The notes under the pieces were generated by a model. It saw only the letters and a program-made list of their open reading frames with translations, was not told the DNA's origin and ran no database searches. From NCBI GenBank assembly GCA_048213135.1, contig PS015039.1, positions 279,619 through 337,967 on the forward strand: a stretch of DNA of 58,349 bases, in the 5' to 3' direction. The translations under genes were made by a program, and so were the position numbers. Source of the DNA: Reclinomonas americana ATCC 50394. Its lineage: Eukaryota. Within the stretch, counting starts at the first letter, position 1, and each line of letters begins with the position of its first letter. This document shows, piece after piece, positions 11,351-21,303 of the stretch.

Positions 11351-13918
11351 TCAGAGCTCTTCGTTGACGGGCTTGTGGCTGAGCTGCATGGTGATTGATG
11401 TGGACATGCCGCCGAGGCCGTCTGGGTCCAGCTCGTCGTCTTGGTAATACTATGTGTGCGCAGGCGAGTGAGTAAGTGAGACAAGAAAGGCACCATGGCG
11501 TGATACGCACTTGCACCAACTGGTCCATCTTCTTGCCGCAACGAGTGATGAGGTCCTGGTCGGGGGTGCCGCGTGTGCCGCACATGGCGACCAGATCGAC
11601 CACCACGGTACGCAACTCCGTCACGTGCCTGCACCACAAACATCCTTGAGTTAAGTGTCTCGTTTCCCCGACCGTGACTACTGGTTGTGGACGCACGTGC
11701 AGAATTCCCGTCGCAGTTCCGTCTCAAACTCTTGATTCGACGGCGATCGGTGTGCTGGTACCGGCTGTTCGCCCTCCGGTGCTGGCTCGTGGGCAGGGCC
11801 GAGGAACACGTCGGCCAACATGTGTGGATCCTCGCAGATCTGTGACAGCAGCTGCAGCGTAATAATCTTCTCCGAGGCGGTACTCTTGCGGCCCTTGATG
11901 ACCTTGACAAACACGTTGGAGAAGAGCATAAACAGCTCGCCCTGTGCAGCGCACGTCAGCAACACGCACACACACGGGCCGTGAGGCTCGTGAGAGACAG
12001 TCAGTCAACTCAACTCGAATGACGTGTCTGTAGCCCTGGAAGAGCGACAAGACGAGATTCATCGAGTGCTGGAAGAGCACAGGCACGCCGCACAGAATCG
12101 TGCGCAGAATGCCCGTGACGAGGTACCTGATTATCGCAGACAGTTAAATTCTCCGCTACAAACACATACTGCTTGGTGTNNNNNNNNNNNNNNNNNNNNN
12201 NNNNNNNNNNNNNNNNNNNNNNNNNNNNNNNNNNNNNNNNNNNNNNNNNNNNNNNNNNNNNNNNNNNNNNNNNNNNNNNNNNNNNNNNNNNNNNNNNNNN
12301 NNNNNNNNNNNNNNNNNNNNNNNNNNNNNNNNNNNNNNNNNNNNNNNNNNNNNNNNNNNNNNNNNNNNNNNNNNNNNNNNNNNNNNNNNNNNNNNNNNNN
12401 NNNNNNNNNNNNNNNNNNNNNNNNNNNNNNNNNNNNNNNNNNNNNNNNNNNNNNNNNNNNNNNNNNNNNNNNNNNNNNNNNNNNNNNNNNNNNNNNNNNN
12501 NNNNNNNNNNNNNNNNNNNNNNNNNNNNNNNNNNNNNNNNNNNNNNNNNNNNNNNNNNNNNNNNNNNNNNNNNNNNNNNNNNNNNNNNNNNNNNNNNNNN
12601 NNNNNNNNNNNNNNNNNNNNNNNNNNNNNNNNNNNNNNNNNNNNNNNNNNNNNNNNNNNNNNNNNNNNNNNNNNNNNNNNNNNNNNNNNNNNNNNNNNNN
12701 NNNNNNNNNNNNNNNNNNNNNNNNNNNNNNNNNNNNNNNNNNNNNNNNNNNNNNNNNNNNNNNNNNNNNNNNNNNNNNNNNNNNNNNNNNNNNNNNNNNN
12801 NNNNNNNNNNNNNNNNNNNNNNNNNNNNNNNNNNNNNNNNNNNNNNNNNNNNNNNNNNNNNNNNNNNNNNNNNNNNNNNNNNNNNNNNNNNNNNNNNNNN
12901 NNNNNNNNNNNNNNNNNNNNNNNNNNNNNNNNNNNNNNNNNNNNNNNNNNNNNNNNNNNNNNNNNNNNNNNNNNNNNNNNNNNNNNNNNNNNNNNNNNNN
13001 NNNNNNNNNNNNNNNNNNNNNNNNNNNNNNNNNNNNNNNNNNNNNNNNNNNNNNNNNNNNNNNNNNNNNNNNNNNNNNNNNNNNNNNNNNNNNNNNNNNN
13101 NNNNNNNNNNNNNNNNNNNNGGTAGCAGAGGCAGTCGCAACTTCTTGAGAGTGGCAACAAAGAAAACGTTTTCGGCCATGAGGCTCGAATGTGATTGCAA
13201 AATGTGCTGCACCAGCTCCATGGCCAGCACCTTGTTCTGAATAAACGCATCGGTGGGAGCGCTCCTGTGTGTCGAAAACAGTGAGACAAGTGGTCACAAA
13301 GCTGGCCGACCCACTGCCACGCAACTTGCCCGGTGTCTCCTTGGTGGTCAGCTTACATAGCGCACGCATGACGTGCAGACCATCGCGCAACACCGCCGAC
13401 ATCTTCCTGTGCTCCTCGTCCTCAAAGTCCTTGTACGACGGCTGCACGAACTTGGACATTACAGAGTCGAGAATCTGGAACAGGCCGACCTGGACAGCGA
13501 GAGAGAGAGAGAGAAAGAGGTAAGCGACCATCGGTCCGACTCGTTTGCTTTCCAAAACCGAGAGCACCTTGGCCGACACTTGCGTATCTCTGGATCGTGA
13601 CACCAGCACGACATTGTAACAGCAGCGGAAGGCATCGAGCAATGCATCGTCGTGCACATCAAAGTCATCCGAGGTCAGACACGTCACCACCATCTTCACC
13701 AGCGCCATGTGCACGTCGTTCTCATTCAGACCAAAGGCGTGCACCACACCGCGCATCAGCGTATCCGCCACCGTCTCGCCCGTCCTCTCGAACCTCAACG
13801 AGCCGTTCAACAGGCCGAATGCCACGAGTTTCTGGATGAGGGAGAAGGGAGAGAGCATGAGAGAGAGAGAGCAAAAGTGAGAGACAGAGTGAGAGTGAAG
13901 AAGATCGGTGACGACGAA

Positions 13919-13979
<61 letters not shown>

Positions 13980-14800
13980 CGTGTATGTGTCAGCGAAAAG
14001 GCCGGTGACTGCGAATAGTGTGTGGGAGGTTTGGTGGGTGTGAGAGAGTGAATGAGGAGCCAAAGAGACGGGTCACGAACAGATGCGGCCAGGGACCGGC
14101 ACAGAGATGAAGTGACAACATGCATGTGTGAGAGAGAGTGACACGAGTGTCAAAGACAGATGCGCACGTGGCATCCTTGAGAGATCTCTCCTTTCTCTCT
14201 CTCTTCACCCCATCTCTGCCTGCTTCGATATGTGGAGAGGGAGACACGGGGGGAGAGAGAGAGGACTTGGGAGGTGATTGACACTGATGCACCACCACCG
14301 ACCTGAATGCCATTGAGCGCGGCCGCTGCAGTCTTCTTATCATTCGAGTTGACACCCAACACCAACGGGTGAATCCACGATGATTCCTCTCGCGGACTCG
14401 CAATACGCGTGACCTTGCCTGTTTGTCGCATGAGAGCGAGAAGAGAGAGAGAGGAGCGTGAGTGATGGCGAAGAACGAGACACGCACACACGCATACACA
14501 CGCGCGCGCGCGCACGCACGCGTATTTCACAAAGACGCACGCACACACAGACAGACAGAGAGACAGAGTGTGTGTCTTGCGTGCATGCACACAGTGAGCG
14601 CGCGTGTGTGCGTGTGTCTCACCGAGCATGTCCACACAGGCGCGGTTGAGTTCATCGTCCTTGCGTTTCGACGCCCGTTGCTGCAGTGTCTCGAGTGTGC
14701 CTCGCAAGAAGAGTGCCAGTGTCTCTCCATCGGAGGCCGACGAGGAGGAAGACGAAGAGCCTCCGATGGTGCGGACGCCTGATCCTGACGCTGACGCCAT
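11351..14800 (-). CDS. Sec7/BIG/Mon2-family N-terminal DCB+HUS domain protein without a Sec7 catalytic domain
   Basis: Exons: LETLQQRASKRKDDELNRAC; IHPLVLGVNSNDKKTAAAALNGIQ|KLVAFG; VHDDALLDAFRCCYNVVLVSRSRDTQVSAK; RDGLHVMRALCKL; KVLAMELVQHIL; EKIITLQLLSQICEDPHMLADVFL. Two short exons follow and end NEEL-TGA at 11351. A ~940 N gap lies inside the HUS region. Confidence 0.8.
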
Positions 14801-15328
14801 CAAAGTAGCTCACTTACTCAATGCGATCGATGATGATGAGCGAGCGCAATTTCAATGAAGTTGTCAATATCGCTTGTGCGCACTGCGCTGTGGGTCAGGC
14901 GCCCCAGCAACTACAAGTCACGGACGAGATGAGAACGTGGCGGGTCTGTGCGGTCTCTCACAGAGCGACTCATAATTACAACTGATCATGATATCGGTTT
15001 CCGGATCCGGATCTGGCCATGGATATGGAGGCCTCCGGATCCAGACACCACTTGCGCCAAGAGTCTGCAAACCCACTTGCATGCCGGTTATATGGTTCGC
15101 CTTGGGCATGCACATGCAATACTGGGGCTTGAATTGCTCAAACGAGCTTGCAATCCGTGGTGCCGCCCCGCGAAGTACTCGGTGCTGATTGCGCACATGA
15201 TCATCTTCCCCCCATGCACATTGATCTGGTACATAGCGACGAGCTCGAGTTCATTGCATTCGGCTTCTGTTCGCGTTTGTTCGAATCCACGACACTCGGC
15301 CCTGTCTGCTCCTGTGTATCTCCACCGT

Positions 15329-16460
15329 TCAACGACGAACTTGGTGGCGCTCCAGTGACTTGCTCTTGTAGTCACTGATGAATTGGCGCAGGTAGTTGGA
15401 AGTGACGTCGCCCTCGCGTGCCGGCTTGTAGAACGAAGCGCTGTCACCCTGCAGTACGTGAAGGCACAGCCGTGGTCAGCCTGACGAAGAAGCACGTTGT
15501 GCAGAGAGCTGCACTCACCAGATCCAGCAAGACCAGCTGCGGGACGCCTTCAGACTTGCCGAGGTTGGCCAATTTGCGCACCTGTTCACCGACATGTCCC
15601 GATTCGGTGGCGTAGTAAAAGAGCATCGAGCGAGAGGCGAGTCGACCAGCAGACTGCACATGGTGGTGAGACGTATAATAGGCTATAGCGCCAACTGTGC
15701 TATGTGCACGCGTATACCTTGTCCTCCATCAGCACCTCCTTGGCGATCTCCGACAGCGCCGCTTTCAGTTTGTGCTGCTGATCGGCATCCACATCCTCCA
15801 TGAAGAGCATCATGGTGGGAGTGCGATTGACATCGCCAAGTTCGCCACCGTCCAACTCGCTTGCCGGGATCGGATAGTACGGGAACCCCGCAGCACCGTG
15901 AGCCTGTGTACGTGAGATCGTGTAAGTCGTCGCAGTGGGGGAAACTGGAGACTTCGAACTCAACGCACCCGCACAGCACCGGCGGCAGCAGAGTTGACCA
16001 CGTGCATGTCCTCGTCTGTAATATGCAATAGTGAGCGTGTATGGAAAACGGAGAGCACTTCTCCCCTCTTCTGCAACAAGTGCGCACCGAGAATGACAAG
16101 TGACGGAATGCCGGTGATTTCGAACCGCTCTTGCAGCAGGCCAATGCGGTCATCTCCGCGCGGGATGGCCAACCATGGCATTGTCGCTGTGATTCAATGC
16201 ATGAGTACCAACCACGACGTGCACACACACTTCTCCCTGGAAGACAAACCAAGGTACTCCTCAAACTCCTCGTCGCTGCGGTCGACAGAGACGAACACCA
16301 CCTCGAACGGCCTGCACAGAAGACAAGTCAGCATTTCCGCTGCTTCACTTCCTCCACACCTTATAACACGAGCACGCAACTTNNNNNNNNNNNNNNNNNN
16401 NNNNNNNNNNNNNNNNNNNNNNNNNNNNCGTACGTACGTACGTACGTACGTACGTAGTAG

Positions 16461-16505
<45 letters not shown>

Positions 16506-17664
16506 GACAGTGTGTGTATGTGAGAGAGAGAAGAGAGTTATTACGCAACTGACGCTCGGTGGGCACCAGTGGCCGCTGAAGTACAGTCCGAGATACTTGC
16601 CGGAAATGGCATGGCGATCGACAGTCTGACCGTGCTTGTTGACGAATGACGAGCCGACGCAGTCCGACAGCGTTGGTGGGTACCTACACGCATCTTGATG
16701 AGCGGCAAGGTGCACGCACGGGCAGTGACGCGAGAGAAACGGGCGCACCAAGGGAACTTCTCGCCTTGCGGATCTGACGTGACGTGCGTGCGGCCTGTGT
16801 TGTCATTAAGTGAGGCAGCTGCAAGGAAGCTGTGACTTCACTCTCCCTCTCCCCTCTCTCCTCTCTCTCCCTCTTGTAAATACAGACACTCGAACATCAA
16901 TGCATCGACCATACTCACCCTTGGTCGTGATGAGCTCGCCGTTGGGCGACAAAATCACCAGCGTTGGGATGCCGCTGACATTGTACTTGGCGGAGATCGC
17001 TCGGCCACGGGCGCGATCCGCGTACGGCAGCGCAATCCACGGATGCTCCGCAAAGTAGTCACTGTGGACGACAACTATATTGAGAAGACATCGATGCAGC
17101 TGTTTTGTCCGCAGCTGCGCGTTTATTCAAGCGGTTCTTGTCCCGTGGCCCACACAGACAAAGAGCGATGCGCAACTTGAATTCCTCCTCGTCGTTGTCA
17201 CTGGAGATGAAGACGATCTGCGAAAGAGCGAGTGTGAGAGAGTGAAAAGCGTCGGACATCAATATATGAGTGATACACCTCAAAACCCTTGTTGGCCGCC
17301 TTGAATGCGTTGTACACCTCGGCGAGCTTGGGGGTGAACACGCGGCTCGGAGGGCACCTGTCGTGCAACAGAGAGTGAGTGAGTCCGTGGACACGAAGAG
17401 GATGCGCTGCGCATCTCGAGCTCGCTGTCGAACTCACCAGTGGCCACTGAAGAACAGACCCTGTGTGTGCGTGATGCAGGCACAAAGAGAGAGGGAGGGA
17501 GAGAGCAGAGAGCAGAGAGCAGAGAGTGTGAGTGTGCGCTGCGTGTGAGAGATCTGGACAGGTGACGCAACAACAGCGGTGCAGTCTTTCAGTGCCTCGT
17601 CGGTGCTCATTGTGCCATTGTGAGTCAACAACATCGGGCCAAGGAGTTCGATAAATGCGGCCAT
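15329..17664 (-). CDS. Nucleoredoxin-like protein (two tryparedoxin-like thioredoxin domains plus a C-terminal domain), both sites WCPPS
   Basis: GLFFSGHW|CPPSRVFTPKLAEVY, IVFISSDNDEEEF, PWIALPY..GIPTLVIL, DPQGEKFPW; second domain YLGLYFSGHWCPPS, FEVVFVSVDRSDEEFEEY, MPWLAIP..GIPSLVIL; ends LRQFISDYKSKSLERHQVRR*. Confidence 0.9.
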
Positions 17665-17844
17665 GGTGGTGGAAGAGGGAGAGGTGGTTCTCTGTGCTCA
17701 GAAGAAGACAGCGGAAAAATGATTGTCGTGTCTCATCACGGTGTCCGCCATTTTATTTGTGTCCAGTCGATATTCTTAGGCTTCCAGTTCCTCTGTCTCT
17801 GTCTCTCTCTCCTCAGCGAGATAGTTATCTCTTGTTAACTCTCC

Positions 17845-18345
17845 TCTTCCATCATCGACATCGTGCACGCAGTACGCGGACGATCCGCTGGACCACAATT
17901 GCATCGGTGATCAATTTCGAACTCGCGCGCTGTTGCAATTGGCTGGCGCCGGCGCCGTGTGGGTTGCAGTTGCATGTCTTCGTCGCAAGCAACACCATCT
18001 ACTGATAGACCCACGACGTGTAGTTCTCACTCTCAACAGGAGCGGAGGCTTGCTTGAACTCTCTCTGATTTATTGTCGGCATGAGCAAACGACGCTTGTA
18101 GTTACATCTCTCCCGACAAACATGTAGCCCGTGTCATTCATCGTCGGCATCATGCACGCAGTACGCGTACGACCCGCTGGACCACCTCTGCGTCGATGAC
18201 CGACATTCCAAACCCGCTGTCCGCTGAAACTGCAGCGTGTGTGTGGGTTTCAAGTCACCACCACCAGCAGGCTGACCGAGGCCACAAGCAACACCATCCA
18301 CTGAAAGACCCACAACGTGTAGCTCTCACCACCAGCAGCAGCGGT
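17845..18345. repeat. Degenerate tandem duplication of the PDI-like gene's 3' end (~17845-18045 copies ~18135-18345)
   Basis: Shared blocks TGCACGCAGTACGCG.ACGA.CCGCTGGACCAC and CAAGCAACACCATC.ACTGA.AGACCCAC.ACGTGTAG. The copy has TAG where the gene has a Trp (TGG) codon. Confidence 0.8.
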
Positions 18346-18737
18346 CGCGCCGCTCTCAATCGGAATGGAGGCGTGCTTGATGACATACTCGAACATGTCT
18401 GCTGCAAGACGTGGACCCTCGTACTGCAGAATTTCCGCTGCGCTCTTCACCGGCTTGCTCCGAGCCGGAATGAACAGGATTGTGGGGTAGCCTCGCACGT
18501 GCTCCACAAGCAGCGGCGGCATATCATTGGCTGTGCCGTCCAGCTCCGCGACCACCACCGACGGCACGTCTCGCAAGAGTTCTGCAGTGGCGTGGAATTT
18601 CGGCCGCATGTGTTTGCAGTGGCCGGACCATGGCGCGTAGACGCGCAGGAGTACGTCCTTGGTCGGGTCCAGGACGATCTCATCAAAGGTGTGCGCGACC
18701 ACCGTCTGCCAGAAGAGGGTGTGAGAACAGGAGAGAA

Positions 18738-18797
<60 letters not shown>

Positions 18798-21034
18798 CGA
18801 GACGACGGACCGGGACCCGGGACCGGGCCGGACCGACCGTACCCGTACCCGGTACCCGGTACCGGTTACGGTTCGTCCGTCGGTCGGNNNNNNNNNNNNN
18901 NNNNNNNNNNNNNNNNNNNNNNNNNNNNNNNNNNNNNNNNNNNNNNNNNNNNNNNNNNNNNNNNNNNNNNNNNNNNNNNNNNNNNNNNNNNNNNNNNNNN
19001 NNNNNNNNNNNNNNNNNNNNNNNNNNNNNNNNNNNNNNNNNNNNNNNNNNNNNNNNNNNNNNNNNNNNNNNNNNNNNNNNNNNNNNNNNNNNNNNNNNNN
19101 NNNNNNNNNNNNNNNNNNNNNNNNNNNNNNNNNNNNNNNNNNNNNNNNNNNNNNNNNNNNNNNNNNNNNNNNNNNNNNNNNNNNNNNNNNNNNNNNNNNN
19201 NNNNNNNNNNNNNNNNNNNNNNNNNNNNNNNNNNNNNNNNNNNNNNNNNNNNNNNNNNNNNNNNNNNNNNNNNNNNNNNNNNNNNNNNNNNNNNNNNNNN
19301 NNNNNNNNNNNNNNNNNNNNNNNNNNNNNNNNNNNNNNNNNNNNNNNNNNNNNNNNNNNNNNNNNNNNNNNNNNNNNNNNNNNNNNNNNNNNNNNNNNNN
19401 NNNNNNNNNNNNNNNNNNNNNNNNNNNNNNNNNNNNNNNNNNNNNNNNNNNNNNNNNNNNNNNNNNNNNNNNNNNNNNNNNNNNNNNNNNNNNNGAGAGA
19501 GAGAGAGAGAGGGCATGCAGGCCACGGGCCGGCAGACCTTCACCGGTCCCGAGTTGTCCTCTGGCGGGCGCTGACTCCTGATGAACGGCGTGAGCTTGCC
19601 GCCCTTGAAGGCCACCATGAAGGCACGCAGGCTGGCAGGTGTCAGCGCATCCGTGTCGGCCATGCGGTACCGCAGTTTGTGTTCGTAATCGTAGATGACG
19701 GCTGTCGGCGTGTTGTTCACCGACTGCTCGCCAGCGTATGCAGCCAGCAAGCTCCTGCAATGCACTGCGTGCGTGAGTATGCGGAATGCCATCACCCACC
19801 ACATTCCAACGAGAATCGCGCAACTCATCGACGTTGAAAGTAAAGCGAAAGAAGAAGCCATGGGCCTGCTCACTTGCCGTATGCGTCAGCTCACGGAGCA
19901 TCGGGTGCCAGCTCCTGTTTTTGTTGCCGTCATACACGGCCATGTCGGCGGCCGGCAACACGACGAGGAGCATGTGCTGGTGCAGGGAGTCCGGCAGCTC
20001 GTAGCTGAATCTCGCCCAGAGCGGCGTCAGCGCAGTGGCCAACCACGACGCAAACAGACGCTCGTCCACCACACCACCCGTGTACGCCACCGGCTCCGCG
20101 TCGAAATCGCGAAACACAAACACGCGTGCCGGATTGCCCACACCACCAATCGGCAAGTCGGTGCGCAGGAACGTCAGCTCACCGCGCAGGCTATCGGCCA
20201 CACGACTCAGCGCAGCGAACTCTACACGCATGCACGAGTCACGTTCTCCTTCTGTTGTCTGCGGTCCACAAACAAGCGCGCACGCACACACCTGGAGAAG
20301 AGCGGCTCAATGTGGTCACCACTGCCCTCGTACTCTTGACCACAGTGAGTTGCAACATCTCCGCGTCGTCAGCGTCCTGCACCGACGGCAGGCGGCTCCG
20401 TGCGACATACTCGCTCAGCTCCTCCGCCTGTTGAGAGTGTCAGTAGCAGCGAGCTCGAGGCACCGATCGGCATATGCTACACACTCACCGTAAACTCGCC
20501 TTCGTATGCCTTGCCATCGATTATCCCGTGGCGGAACACACGAAGCGAGTACACACCGGCCACGCTGAGACGCAGAGCTGCAACCACGCTCATGAGGACA
20601 AGTGAGAGAGAGAGACAGCTTGCAACAATGCTCACCATGAGCGCGATTGCTGTCCTGATCAAACGAGGCCACCATCACACCATCCTCTATCTGCTGCTGC
20701 GCCAGAGCCTCCACTGCTCGAAACGCCTGCGTGCACAGTGGAATCACCTGCCCACTGCCACATGCCTCTGCAGATCGCGCACATCAGTCTCCACTCATGA
20801 GGGTTGAGAGTAGTGAACGACGAGACCTCCCGAGTAGAACAGCACAATCGCCACAGGAATGTCGTGCAGAGTCCACGTGGCATTCGCCGACAAGGCAAGC
20901 ACCGATGGCATGTCATTGTTACTAGAAGCGTTTGTAGAGTTGTCTGCACTCATGCGCAGCACAGATGCCAGTCCGGGCCATCCGTGCAGTGCACAACAGC
21001 ATAGTATGATGCAAAGCACACTCGCAGCGCGCAT
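18250..21034 (-). CDS. Protein disulfide isomerase-like protein (a-b-b'-a'), signal peptide, SGHC motif, C-terminal hydrophobic anchor
   Basis: N-terminus MRAASVLCIILCCCALHG; b' end LRAFMVAFKGGKLTPFIRSQRPPEDNSGPVK; a' domain VAHTFDEIVLDPTKDVLLRVYAPWSGHCKHM..DGTANDM..VRGYPTILF; ends WVFQWMVLLVASVSLLVVVT*. Confidence 0.88.
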
Positions 21035-21303
21035 GCTTGACACGTGGTGACAGGTTTGGGCGATTCACGCCAAGGGACGACAAGACGTTGACGTTAGTCT
21101 TTACTGACGCGCGTGCACCCTACTACTGCTTCACTTACAAGCATAACAATAGCCACCAATGTTCGCAGCGGTTGCGTTGTGTTGCATGCCGAGAGTGGGA
21201 GGTCGCAGGACAACACACTTTCCCGCCACAAATTGGTTTGGATTCTTCCTCATTCATCGCATCGCATCCCCCGCACGCAGGAGAGCAGACAGAGCACACA
21301 CAA

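Noticed and set aside
12010-14125. Long ORFs spanning N runs (also at 7553-8607, 18447-20291, 21336-23150, 26966-28077, 39183-40128)
   Set aside because: They are open only because N codons contain no stops.
14918-15320. Short ORFs between the DCB-HUS and nucleoredoxin-like genes
   Set aside because: No recognisable motifs and no convincing exon chain, so treated as UTR or intergenic.
16429-16465. (TACG)n repeat
   Set aside because: It sits at a contig edge after a (GA)n tract and matches the 454 TACG flow order, so it is most likely a low-quality read tail.
18800-18887. Quasi-periodic GGACCG/GTACCC motif run
   Set aside because: Contig-edge stutter after a microsatellite, typical of pyrosequencing dephasing.
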